Shown piece by piece: positions 30,158-39,560 of a stretch of DNA of 64,000 nucleotides. Position numbers and translations under genes: made by a program. A model generated the notes under the pieces. The model did not search any database. It worked only from the letters and a program-made list of their open reading frames with translations, and had not been told where the DNA came from. The stretch comes from Clostridiales bacterium UBA3678 (GTDB taxonomy: Bacteria; Bacillota; Clostridia; TANB77; CAG-508): assembly GCA_002372935.1 (NCBI GenBank), contig DFJF01000004.1, positions 118,002-182,001 of the forward strand, in the 5' to 3' direction. How positions within the stretch are numbered: position 1 is the stretch's first letter; every line of letters begins with the position of its first letter.

Positions 30158-30721
30158 CTAAGCTTTTTTAATCTTTAAGAAAAATAAATATGCTCTTCCA
30201 TAATTTCTCTTATCATAAATTTCTAAATTTAAATTCTCTATATTTTTTAAATCTTCTACCCTATTTGGATCATCAGTTTCTGCTATTATAATTCCATCTT
30301 CACATAAAAGATTAAATTGTGTAATTTTTTGTAATGATTCTATTATATAATCTGTATTGTATGGTGGATCCAAATATATTAAATTCATTTTTTTACCTTT
30401 TAATTTTTCCAACATTTTTTTAAAGTCACAATTATGTAATTCGACCATCTCTTCACAATGTGTTTTTTGTATATTTTTTCTTATAATTTCTATTGCCATT
30501 GGAGATTTGTCACATAAATATACTTTCTTTGCACCTCTGCTAGCAAATTCTAGTCCTATTGCACCACTTCCAGAAAATAAATCAAGAACTATTGAATCAT
30601 AAATTTCATTATTTATTATATTAAAAAAAGATTCTTTCACCCTATCAAGAGTTGGTCTTGTTTCTAAGCCTTCTAATGTATATAAATTTGTACCTCTTGC
30701 TTTTCCACTTATAATTCTCAT
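30158..30721 (-). CDS. rsmD: 16S rRNA (guanine966-N2)-methyltransferase RsmD
   Basis: RIISGKARG, TRPTLDRVKESFFN, DLFSGSGAIGLEFASRGA and YLDPPY. Confidence 0.9.
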   Translation of the reverse strand: MRIISGKARGTNLYTLEGLETRPTLDRVKESFFNIINNEIYDSIVLDLFSGSGAIGLEFASRGAKKVYLCDKSPMAIEIIRKNIQKTHCEEMVELHNCDFKKMLEKLKGKKMNLIYLDPPYNTDYIIESLQKITQFNLLCEDGIIIAETDDPNRVEDLKNIENLNLEIYDKRNYGRAYLFFLKIKKA

Positions 30722-30869
30722 ATATTTTGACTTTCCTCCACATCGTTATATACATTTTATAACAATTTTGCTAATTGTCAATAGTATTAACAAAATTGTC
30801 ATATAGTTTTAATATTTTTGTAATAAAAAAACCATTCTCAAAAAGAGAATAGTTTTTTCTTGTGTTTTT

Positions 30870-31325
30870 TTAATTATCATCTTTATTTATTTCTTTTATT
30901 AACTCTAGTTGTGATATTAATAATGATTCCATTTTTGCTTTATAGATATCAAATTTTTTTTGTAAATCTTCTAATTCTTTGCCTTTATAAACAATTTGTT
31001 GTTCTAATTCGCTTAGTTCCTTTTGAGCTGAAGTCTTAGCCTCTGCAACTATTTGGTCAGCTTGCTGTCTTGCAACATTTTTAACTTCTTCTGCAGTTGT
31101 TTGAGCCATAATCAAAGTATTTTGAAGAGTGTCCTCTAAATTTTTATATTTTTCTAATTCTTTATTAAACTCATCAATTTTTTTATTTGCTTCTGTTAAT
31201 TCTTTGTTTTTCTTAGCATAATCAATACTTATCTCATCTAAAAAGTCATCTACTTCTTCAACACTATATCCATTCATCATTTGCTTAGAAAATCTTTTAT
31301 TTTCAACATCTAATGGTGTAAGCAT
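30870..31325 (-). CDS. divIVA: DivIVA-domain cell division protein
   Basis: MLTPLDVENKRFSKQMMNGYSVEEVDDFLDEI followed by a coiled coil. Confidence 0.9.
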   Translation of the reverse strand: MLTPLDVENKRFSKQMMNGYSVEEVDDFLDEISIDYAKKNKELTEANKKIDEFNKELEKYKNLEDTLQNTLIMAQTTAEEVKNVARQQADQIVAEAKTSAQKELSELEQQIVYKGKELEDLQKKFDIYKAKMESLLISQLELIKEINKDDN

Positions 31326-31347
31326 ATTAATGCCTCCTTACTTATTT

Positions 31348-31827
31348 TTAGTCTATATTGTTTTTATTTAACCAAGAAACTGACAATTTATTTTTTATTT
31401 CTTCTCTTGCCATATCATTTGTAATTTCATAGTTCATAGGTGCTATTAAGAAAATAGAATTAGATACTTTCTGAATATGTGCATCTAAACAATATACTCC
31501 TCCACTTATAAAATCAACAATACGTCTTGCTACATCTTTGTTTACATATTCCAAATTAACTATTACAGATTTCTTTTCCTTTAAAAAACCACAAATTTCC
31601 TCTGATTGTTCAAAACTTGTAGGTTGAGATATTACCATTTTTATTGCTTGTTGTGTCATTGGAATAACTTTATTTCTTTTAATAAAGCCTTTTCTTTCTT
31701 CTACTTCTGGTTCATCTTCCTCTTCTTCATAATCATTTCCATATATATTATTTTCCTCTTCGTAATCCTCGTTATCTTGTTCCATTCCCAATAAATTCCA
31801 AACTTTATTCATTATTGCACTAGCCAT
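31348..31827 (-). CDS. sepF: cell division protein SepF
   Basis: Acidic linker, then SFEQSEEICGFLKEKKSVIVNL...ARRIVDFISGGVYCLDAHIQKVSNSIFLIAP. Confidence 0.9.
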   Translation of the reverse strand: MASAIMNKVWNLLGMEQDNEDYEEENNIYGNDYEEEEDEPEVEERKGFIKRNKVIPMTQQAIKMVISQPTSFEQSEEICGFLKEKKSVIVNLEYVNKDVARRIVDFISGGVYCLDAHIQKVSNSIFLIAPMNYEITNDMAREEIKNKLSVSWLNKNNID

Positions 31828-31954
31828 TTTTATCCTCCCAAAATTTTTTTTAATTACTAAACTACCATAAGTATCTTATATTTTTTTTTCTTTGTCAATA
31901 CTTTTTTGATATTGTAATCAAAATTTAACATTTTTGTAATATTATTGTAATATT

Positions 31955-33214
31955 TTAATTATAATTATAATTCGAATTTGGATATAGCATAATACTATCA
32001 TATATATCTATGCCCTCATAAGTAGAAGCATCTAATCCTAATGCTGATAAATCATCATTACTATATGAACTTATAATTGAATAATTATCATTTGTTTTTA
32101 AAACCTTAATATAACATTTTTTTAATCCAGTTGTTGTCTTCTTCAAAACATATCTCAGTTGATTATTATCTTCTAAAATAGAAACATTTGGTACTTTTAT
32201 TCCTGAATAGCTCCACCATGTGATATTAAAAGATATTTTTCTATACGATATTAGTTCATCAGTTAAAGTATTAAGTTCAAAAACAATTAACATTTTCCCA
32301 TCTGCTTGTTCTTTTTTATATTTCACTGTTGCATCTACTTCATTTCCACTTGATAATGTTAATAATACACTTTTTCCTGTTTCCACATTTTTGGCAGTTT
32401 CTGAATTTAAAATTGTTGCAATATAACAATTGAAATTATTTATTACTTTTGCCTCTTCTGTACTAGTCGCAACAATCTTTCCAGTCTTAACATCAAGTTC
32501 ATTTAATTTTTCCTCTGTTATACTGTCAAAACTATCTGGGGATAAAACTTCTTCCAAACCATCTACTCTATATGAAACTACACCACTCTTTGGTGCAGTA
32601 ACAAATTCTGAGCCATCTATTAATTTTTCTTCGTATTCTTTCCTTTTATTAATAAGCTTTTTAATATATGAACCACTTTTACTATTTTCACCTGCTATTG
32701 TAGCTTTTTTCAAAATAATATTTGAAATTTGTTTTTTATATTCTTCAAGATCTTGCACATCTGTAACAAATTTTAAGTTCTGAATTATATCATCTATCTG
32801 TGTTTCCAAATTATTTATATCTGCAGAAGAAAAAGTATTTTCTTTTTCAATAGCTGTTTGAATTTTAGCATTGATTTCATCTATTTTTTTCTGTATATTA
32901 TTTTCATTTTTACTATAATATCTAAAAATTGTCTCATTCTTTGCAGCTTTTTTTCCTTCTAAAACAATCTGGTATATGCCATTTTTATAATTATTACCTT
33001 TTACTATCGTTTCCTCTCTTATAATATAACCTGTTGAACTCTCATCATCTGTTAATGTTCCACTTTCCACAGTTACAGTATCTGTTGGCTTTTTTATTGT
33101 TAAATAAATCGCATATATTATATAAATAAAAGCAATAATAAACAATAAATTCATAAAAATCTTCTTTTTGTTAATCTTTTTCTTGTTTTCATTTAAGTCT
33201 ATAATTTTACTCAA
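31955..33214 (-). CDS. membrane-anchored coiled-coil/beta protein (HlyD-like?)
   Basis: N-terminal TM helix, central coiled coil, beta-rich ends. Family not verifiable by eye. Confidence 0.4.
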   Translation of the reverse strand: MSKIIDLNENKKKINKKKIFMNLLFIIAFIYIIYAIYLTIKKPTDTVTVESGTLTDDESSTGYIIREETIVKGNNYKNGIYQIVLEGKKAAKNETIFRYYSKNENNIQKKIDEINAKIQTAIEKENTFSSADINNLETQIDDIIQNLKFVTDVQDLEEYKKQISNIILKKATIAGENSKSGSYIKKLINKRKEYEEKLIDGSEFVTAPKSGVVSYRVDGLEEVLSPDSFDSITEEKLNELDVKTGKIVATSTEEAKVINNFNCYIATILNSETAKNVETGKSVLLTLSSGNEVDATVKYKKEQADGKMLIVFELNTLTDELISYRKISFNITWWSYSGIKVPNVSILEDNNQLRYVLKKTTTGLKKCYIKVLKTNDNYSIISSYSNDDLSALGLDASTYEGIDIYDSIMLYPNSNYNYN

Positions 33215-34149
33215 TTTATTCCCTCCAAAATAATGTTTATATTACTTTGTAAATCATTTAAGCCATCAATCCAAATTGTATTTTTATTTTTTCTAAACCA
33301 AGTTAATTGTCTTTTTGCATATCTTCTAGTCTCTTGTTTTATTTTTTCTATCATTTCATCTTTTGTTAAATAACCATTTAAGTATTCCACTACTTCTTTA
33401 TATCCTAGTCCTTGCATAGCTGTGGGGAATTCTTTGTATTTATCTAATAAATTTTTAACTTCTTCAATCAATCCATTTTCTATCATTATTTCTACTCTTT
33501 TATTGATTCTATTATATAAAATTTGTCTATCCATATTTATTACAAAAACTCTATAATCATATTTTACTTCATTTTTTCTTGATTCCGCTTCTAGCTCAGT
33601 TTTCGTTTTTCCAGTTGAATGATAAATTTCTAAAATCCTTAATATTCTTTTTTTATCATTTGGACTGATTTTTTCTATTGCCTTACTATCTATTTCTTTT
33701 GCTTTTTCATAAAGATTTGATAATCCCTCTTTACTATTTGCTATATTTTCTAGTTCATTTCTGTAGTTTTTATCAAACTCTATTTCAGGATATTCTATTC
33801 CATATATTAAGCTATCTGCATATAAGCCTGTCCCACCAATAACTATAGGCATCTTTCCTTTTGATAAAATTTCTTCTATTGCTTGTTCTGCTTGTTTTTT
33901 ATATTCTGCTACACTAAATCTTTTATCAGGCTCTACAATATCTATCATATAATGTTTTATTCCTTGCATTTCTTCTAAGCTTGGCTTCGCAGATCCTATA
34001 TTCATATCTTTATATATCTGCATAGAATCACAAGATACAATTTCTCCTTTAATCTGTTTTGCAAGTTCTATAGAAAGAGCTGTTTTTCCAGATGCTGTTG
34101 GTCCTACAATAACAATAACTTTAGGTTTCAAAATTCTCCCCCATTTCAT
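33211..34149 (-). CDS. miaA: tRNA dimethylallyltransferase
   Basis: VGPTASGKTALSIELA, SCDSMQIYKDMNIGSAKP, GGTGLY and RRYAKRQLTWFR. Confidence 0.93.
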   Translation of the reverse strand: MKWGRILKPKVIVIVGPTASGKTALSIELAKQIKGEIVSCDSMQIYKDMNIGSAKPSLEEMQGIKHYMIDIVEPDKRFSVAEYKKQAEQAIEEILSKGKMPIVIGGTGLYADSLIYGIEYPEIEFDKNYRNELENIANSKEGLSNLYEKAKEIDSKAIEKISPNDKKRILRILEIYHSTGKTKTELEAESRKNEVKYDYRVFVINMDRQILYNRINKRVEIMIENGLIEEVKNLLDKYKEFPTAMQGLGYKEVVEYLNGYLTKDEMIEKIKQETRRYAKRQLTWFRKNKNTIWIDGLNDLQSNINIILEGIN

Positions 34150-34152
34150 AAT

Positions 34153-34587
34153 TTACTTTTTCATATTATTCATCATTTCTATTATATCAACTTGAAATCT
34201 CTTTAAATATATACATTCTATAATTATCAATACTATAAAAATAATTGCAAAAATTTTTATTTTTTTTGATAATTCTTCTTTTGAAATCATATCATTCTTT
34301 ACTTTTGCAAAAATACTAGCCAATTGTGTAAGTGTTAAAAAACCATTTATCGGAATAAAAACTAGCAATACTATTTTTCTAATTTGTCCTATCATCTCTT
34401 CTTTTGGATACACTACACCTATTTTCGAAATATAGAATAAGACTAATGTAAATAAAGAAATAAATAAAGTTCCTATTATAACAAAAGATATTCTACTAAT
34501 TATTGTTTCAAATTCTTTCGTACTATTCCATGTAAAAACTATGTACATTGCAAATAAAATAAAAATTATAAAATATATTGTTTGCAT
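34153..34587 (-). CDS. hypothetical 4-TM membrane protein
   Basis: 144 aa with four hydrophobic helices, lying between mutL and miaA. Confidence 0.5.
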   Translation of the reverse strand: MQTIYFIIFILFAMYIVFTWNSTKEFETIISRISFVIIGTLFISLFTLVLFYISKIGVVYPKEEMIGQIRKIVLLVFIPINGFLTLTQLASIFAKVKNDMISKEELSKKIKIFAIIFIVLIIIECIYLKRFQVDIIEMMNNMKK

Positions 34588-34646
34588 ATTAGTCCTTTCT
34601 CATAAATACTTATTTTGCATTGTTTTCTCTTTTTAATAGGCAATAA

Positions 34647-37004
34647 TTACTTTCTAGCAAATTTTCTTTCAATGTCATATTTTGACATTTTTATTACAGT
34701 CGGTCTTCCATGAGGACAAGAAAATGGATTTGGAAGTTCTAATAACTCATCCATTAAACTTTTTACTTCTTCTTCTGTTAATGCCATATTTGCCTTGACC
34801 GCTGCTTTACATGCAACTGTTGCTATGAATTTTTCTTCTTTTTCTTGTTTTGCTGTTCTTGCTATTGTATTTATTTCATCTAATGTTTCCATAAATAATT
34901 CTTTTGTATCAAGATCAATACATACATCTGGCACTCCTGAAACCTTTAATGCATTTTCACCAAATTCTTCCACTATAAAACCAGCTTTTTCAAATAAATC
35001 AAAATTATCTTTTGCAATACTCATTTCTTTATTTGTTACTGTAATAATGTCTGGCAATAATAAAAGTTGACTTTCATTTTCCTTTTTACTATAAAAATTC
35101 TTTTTTACTTTTTCATACAAAATTCTCTCATGTGCAGCATGTTGATCCATGATATATAACTCATTATTCATTTCTAAAATTATATATGTTTTAAATGCAA
35201 TACCAATAAATTTGTATGTTGGCTTTTTATATTCTTCAATATCTTCAAAAACAGATATATTGTCATTTAAATCTTCGTCTTTTATTTGATACTCTCCATT
35301 GTTTTCTGTATTATCAATTTCAGTCTTTGTTTCTTTTTCATCTTCTTTTGTACTAATAGGAGCTTTTCCAAATAGTTTTTCATACATTTCTTCAAATGAT
35401 AAAATTTGCTCTTTTACTTCTTTTATTTTTTCCTCTCCAGTTTCTTGTATTTTCTCTTTTTCTGTTTTTACTGTTTCTTCTTCTATATCATCAGTTTTTA
35501 TTTTTATTGGTTCTTCCACTATATCATCAGTTTTTATTTTTATTAGTTCTTCCTCTATATCATCAGTTTTTATTTTTATTGGTTTTTCCTCTATATTATC
35601 AGTCTCTGTTTTTGTAAACTTTTTGCTAATATCTTCTACTAATTCTTCTTTCTTCAAATTTTTTTCAATATTAAATGCATTTGATGAAATCTCATTATAT
35701 TTTTGTGACATCTTTTTATAGTCGTCAGTAAATTTTATTTGAGGATTTTGATCTATTTGATTTTGTAATTGGTTCTGTAATTCTTTTAGCTTCTTAAATA
35801 CATCCATATTTTCCGAACTGGCTTTCTTTGTTTCATTATTAGTGATAATTGTAGATTCAGTTATGTATTCTTCTTTATTTTCTTTATCAGTTCTATTAAA
35901 ATCTAATGATTGTCTTTTACCAAATAATCCACCATTACCTGAATTGTAGTCAATTTTGAAAGCATCTTTATTTGCTTCTTTTATTTCTTTATTTTTCTCT
36001 CTATCTGAAATTAAATCTGAACCAAGTAATGTACTTTTTATTGCATGATATACTGCTTGAAAAGCAACATTTTCTTCTGCAAACCTAACTTCAAGTTTTG
36101 CAGGGTGGACATTTACATCAACTTTTTCTTGATCCATATCCAAATTCAATATTAAAAATGCAAATTTTCCAATTGGTATCATTCCCTTATATGCTTGTTC
36201 TGCAGCTGCTCTTAGAGTTTTATCTTTTATATATCTTTTATTTACAAAAAATATTTGATTTGATCTATTTGAACGAGCTATAGCCGGCTTTCCAATAACT
36301 CCATTTATTTTTATATATTCATATTCATAAGATACTGGGATTATTTCTTCTGCAATTTCTTTTCCATAAATACTATATACTACTGACTTTAAATCTCCAT
36401 TTCCATTTGTTTGAATTGTAGTTTTTCCTGTATTTATTAATTTTATTGCTATTTCTGGATGAACAAGAGCTATTCTTTCGATTACATCTTCAATATAGCC
36501 TGTTTCTGTAAAATCTTTCTTTAAAAACTTATACCTAACTGGTGTGTTATAAAATAGATTTCTTACAGTTATTGATGTTCCTTTACTACATGCAGCATCT
36601 TCTATATTTAATATATCTCCACCTTCAACAGATATCTTTGTTCCTATTTCAGAGTCTTCTGTTTTAGAAATTAATTCTACATTTGATATTGCTGCAATAC
36701 TTGCTAATGCCTCACCTCTAAAGCCCATAGATTTTACTTCTTTTAAGTCTTCTGCAGAACGTATCTTACTTGTTGCATGTCTTTCAAAAGCAAGTTCTAC
36801 ATCATCTCTTGATATTCCTTTTCCATTATCTGTTATTCTTATATATGATATTCCACCATTTTTTATCTCTACAGTAATATTAGTTGCTCCAGCATCTATT
36901 GAATTTTCCATCATCTCTTTTACTACTGAAGCTGGTCTCTCAATTACTTCTCCTGCAGCTATTTGATTAATTGTTAATTCATCTAATAATACTATTTTTC
37001 CCAT
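34647..37004 (-). CDS. mutL: DNA mismatch repair protein MutL (785 aa, expanded repetitive linker)
   Basis: N-terminal GHKL motifs QIAAGEVIERPASVVKEMMENSIDAG, DNGKGI and GFRGEAL. C-terminal QHAAHERILYE and CPHGRPT. Confidence 0.93.
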   Translation of the reverse strand: MGKIVLLDELTINQIAAGEVIERPASVVKEMMENSIDAGATNITVEIKNGGISYIRITDNGKGISRDDVELAFERHATSKIRSAEDLKEVKSMGFRGEALASIAAISNVELISKTEDSEIGTKISVEGGDILNIEDAACSKGTSITVRNLFYNTPVRYKFLKKDFTETGYIEDVIERIALVHPEIAIKLINTGKTTIQTNGNGDLKSVVYSIYGKEIAEEIIPVSYEYEYIKINGVIGKPAIARSNRSNQIFFVNKRYIKDKTLRAAAEQAYKGMIPIGKFAFLILNLDMDQEKVDVNVHPAKLEVRFAEENVAFQAVYHAIKSTLLGSDLISDREKNKEIKEANKDAFKIDYNSGNGGLFGKRQSLDFNRTDKENKEEYITESTIITNNETKKASSENMDVFKKLKELQNQLQNQIDQNPQIKFTDDYKKMSQKYNEISSNAFNIEKNLKKEELVEDISKKFTKTETDNIEEKPIKIKTDDIEEELIKIKTDDIVEEPIKIKTDDIEEETVKTEKEKIQETGEEKIKEVKEQILSFEEMYEKLFGKAPISTKEDEKETKTEIDNTENNGEYQIKDEDLNDNISVFEDIEEYKKPTYKFIGIAFKTYIILEMNNELYIMDQHAAHERILYEKVKKNFYSKKENESQLLLLPDIITVTNKEMSIAKDNFDLFEKAGFIVEEFGENALKVSGVPDVCIDLDTKELFMETLDEINTIARTAKQEKEEKFIATVACKAAVKANMALTEEEVKSLMDELLELPNPFSCPHGRPTVIKMSKYDIERKFARK
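35483..35615. repeat. 36-bp in-frame tandem repeat (about 3.5 units) inside the mutL linker
   Basis: Unit CTATATCATCAGTTTTTATTTTTATTGGTTCTTCCA starts at 35483, 35519, 35555 and 35591. It encodes (E)EPIKIKTDDIE repeats on the minus strand. Confidence 0.9.
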
Positions 37005-37150
37005 ATATTTTTTCCTTTCTTAAGTTATATGCAAATTATATCATTTATGCCTTTTTTTTGCAATGATATAAAGTAAAAAAAACTAAAGTAACACTTTTTT
37101 TTGTTTTTCATATTATATAACATAACAATCAAAACAAAAGGAGGTTCATT

Positions 37151-37267
37151 ATGTGCTGTTGTAATAATGATGATAATGTAATCCTTTGGTTCATTATTTT
37201 ATTCTTACTTCTTTTCTGTGGTGGATGTGGAAATAGAGGTTGTTGTTGTTCAAACTCTAATCCATAA
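37151..37267 (+). CDS. 38-aa Cys-rich hydrophobic micro-protein
   Basis: AAAGGAGG RBS. MCCCNNDDNVILWFIILFLLLFCGGCGNRGCCCSNSNP. Not in ORF track (under 60 aa). Confidence 0.55.
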   Translation: MCCCNNDDNVILWFIILFLLLFCGGCGNRGCCCSNSNP

Positions 37268-37301
37268 TTGCAATACTTAATTTTGAAAGGTGGTGAATTC
37301 T

Positions 37302-37421
37302 ATGCCAGAAAACAGAGGTTGTGGTGGATTCGGCTTTGGCGGTGATGACTGCTGCTGGATTATCATATTAATCATATTAATTTGTTGTTGTTGTGGTGGA
37401 AATAGAAGCTGTGGTTGCTAG
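37302..37421 (+). CDS. 39-aa Cys-rich hydrophobic micro-protein (paralog of the preceding one)
   Basis: GAAAGGTGGTG RBS. MPENRGCGGFGFGGDDCCWIIILIILICCCCGGNRSCGC. Terminator directly downstream. Confidence 0.55.
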   Translation: MPENRGCGGFGFGGDDCCWIIILIILICCCCGGNRSCGC

Positions 37422-37430
37422 ATAATGCCA

Positions 37431-37466
37431 AAAAAAGATTCAGTTTAGCTTACTGAATCTTTTTTT
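37431..37466. terminator. bidirectional terminator
   Basis: AAAAAAGATTCAGT-ttagctt-ACTGAATCTTTTTT. Confidence 0.7.
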
Positions 37467-37788
37467 AAATCTTAATAACTATTTCGTCTAAAATATCTTG
37501 CATGCCAAAAGGTGTTACTTCATTATTTCGTAAAATAGATAGTATCTTTTCTAATTCATTTTCATTTGTTGCAATATTGTCTGCCCTTTTACTTTCAATA
37601 TTTACTTCTCCCTCTATAAATTCCGTCTTCACTACTTCCAAACCGTATTTGGCTTTAACATTTTCCTGATTTTCAATGACTTTGTAATAGTCTAACTTCA
37701 TTGGATATTCTATATTGTCATTAGGATCGTCTTTATCTATAAAAATGCAATCAAAAAATGTTTTCAAGCCTAAACTCCTTTCTTCCAT
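37465..37788 (-). CDS. hypothetical protein
   Basis: 107-aa ORF with an AAGGAG-like RBS (GAAAGGAGTT). No family recognised. Confidence 0.5.
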   Translation of the reverse strand: MEERSLGLKTFFDCIFIDKDDPNDNIEYPMKLDYYKVIENQENVKAKYGLEVVKTEFIEGEVNIESKRADNIATNENELEKILSILRNNEVTPFGMQDILDEIVIKI

Positions 37789-37907
37789 TTTTAACAGTAC
37801 CTATCTATTATACTACAAAATCTTAAAAAATCAATACCTTACATCAAGTTTTTTATTGCATTTATCGCCACTTATCGACATTTATTTACATAATTTTGCA
37901 TAATATT

Positions 37908-38057
37908 TTACACATCTTGACTCATAGAATTTTTATAAAAACTAGCTATTAATTTATCTAATTCCACACTAATTTTATAGATTTCATCATAATCAGCATT
38001 ATCTTCTATGCTCTTGTTTAATTTATCTCTTAATTTACAAATTTCATCATTTAACAT
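37908..38057 (-). CDS. Spo0E-like sporulation regulatory phosphatase (49 aa)
   Basis: Own translation: MLNDEICKLRDKLNKSIEDNADYDEIYKISVELDKLIASFYKNSMSQDV. AAGGAGGAC RBS. The helix-loop-helix shape with S..LD.LI resembles the Spo0E family. Confidence 0.5.
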   Translation of the reverse strand: MLNDEICKLRDKLNKSIEDNADYDEIYKISVELDKLIASFYKNSMSQDV

Positions 38058-38233
38058 TTTAGTCCTCCTTTAATGCTACTAATTTTTATTTTTTTGATAA
38101 AAATTATTATTTTACTACATATATTACTAGAGTACCATATAAAAAAATCTTAGTCAAGCATTTTTTATGTTTTTTTACATTTTCGTATGACCTTATTTTA
38201 CTTGATTTTTCAGCATTTTACAGTAATCGACAA

Positions 38234-39520
38234 TTAAGAGTTTTTAATTACAGAAAAAACCATTTTTTCTGTATCAAAATCATTTTTTAATACTTGCTCT
38301 AAATAGTTTATATCTATACTTGTAATCTCTTCCAAATATTCAAAACTATTTATTCCATTCATAAAATCATTTAAAAACATTCTTGCAATATCAGATACAT
38401 CATTATATTCTTTTATATATTCACCATAAAGCTTCTTTTTAATTCTTTCAAAATTTTCTTTATCTAATCCATTAGTTTTTAAATTTTTAATCTCTTCATT
38501 TAATTTATTATAAAATTCTTGTGGATTTCGAGATGAACCACTTATAAGGATGTGTGCATATTCATTTGTAAAATCAAATTCATAAGAAGGGCTATTTAGT
38601 AAAATTCCTGATTTATATAAATCTTGATATAATGTAGAACTTTCACCTATAATCATATTTAGCAAAATACTTATTGCAATATCTTTTTTAACTTTTTGGG
38701 TTTGATTTGCAGGCTTACATTTTATTCCCATAGTAAACAATGGTATACTCACATCCATTTTTACTTCAATATTTGGTTTTACTATAGATTCATCTTCTTC
38801 CTCATAAATTCTTTTTATTTCTCCTGATGAATTTTTGTTAATTAATCTCTTTTCAATTTCTTTTAAAATTTCTTCTGGAACAAAATCTCCACATACAACT
38901 AAGCACATATTTGATGGGTTATAAAAAGTATTATAACATTTGTACAATATTTCTTTATCTATATGGCTTATAGTTTCTATTGTTCCTGTTATATCAAGCT
39001 TAACAGGATTATTATGATACATAGCTTCAAGTGCATTTAAATAAACTTTCCACTCTGGATAGTCATCATACATCATAATCTCTTGTCCAATTATTCCTTT
39101 TTCTTTTTCAACATTTTCATCTGTAAAATATGGATGCTGAACATAATCCATAAATTCATCTAATGCTTCATAAAAATTGTCAGTACACTCATAAAGAAAT
39201 GCTGTATGAGTATTTGTAGTATATGCATTTGCATTAACTCCTAAACTAGATAAAACATCTAAACTATTTCTTCCATTTTCTTGTTCAAACATTTTATGTT
39301 CTAAAAAATGTGCTACACCTTTTGGTACTTCTGTAACTTCATTCTCGCCAGGTACAATAAATTTACTATCATTTGATCCATAATGAGTTCCAAAAATCAC
39401 ATATTTTTTTCTAATTCCAGCTTTAGGAACAATGATTATAGTTAAACCATTTTTTAATTTTTCTATATATGCTTTTTCCTTGACTTTTAAATTTTCTATA
39501 ACTTGCATTTTATCCTCCAA
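38234..39520 (-). CDS. M16-family zinc peptidase (active-site subunit)
   Basis: HFLEHKMF (HxxEH zinc motif). About 428 aa. Confidence 0.85.
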   Translation of the reverse strand: MEDKMQVIENLKVKEKAYIEKLKNGLTIIIVPKAGIRKKYVIFGTHYGSNDSKFIVPGENEVTEVPKGVAHFLEHKMFEQENGRNSLDVLSSLGVNANAYTTNTHTAFLYECTDNFYEALDEFMDYVQHPYFTDENVEKEKGIIGQEIMMYDDYPEWKVYLNALEAMYHNNPVKLDITGTIETISHIDKEILYKCYNTFYNPSNMCLVVCGDFVPEEILKEIEKRLINKNSSGEIKRIYEEEDESIVKPNIEVKMDVSIPLFTMGIKCKPANQTQKVKKDIAISILLNMIIGESSTLYQDLYKSGILLNSPSYEFDFTNEYAHILISGSSRNPQEFYNKLNEEIKNLKTNGLDKENFERIKKKLYGEYIKEYNDVSDIARMFLNDFMNGINSFEYLEEITSIDINYLEQVLKNDFDTEKMVFSVIKNS

Positions 39521-39560
39521 ATTTAATTTATAATTATTTTTTTATTCAATTTATGTCTGC

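Noticed and set aside
35483-35615. The 36-bp tandem repeat briefly looked like a CRISPR-like array.
   Set aside because: The units are contiguous with no spacers, in frame, and located inside mutL. It is a coding tandem repeat.
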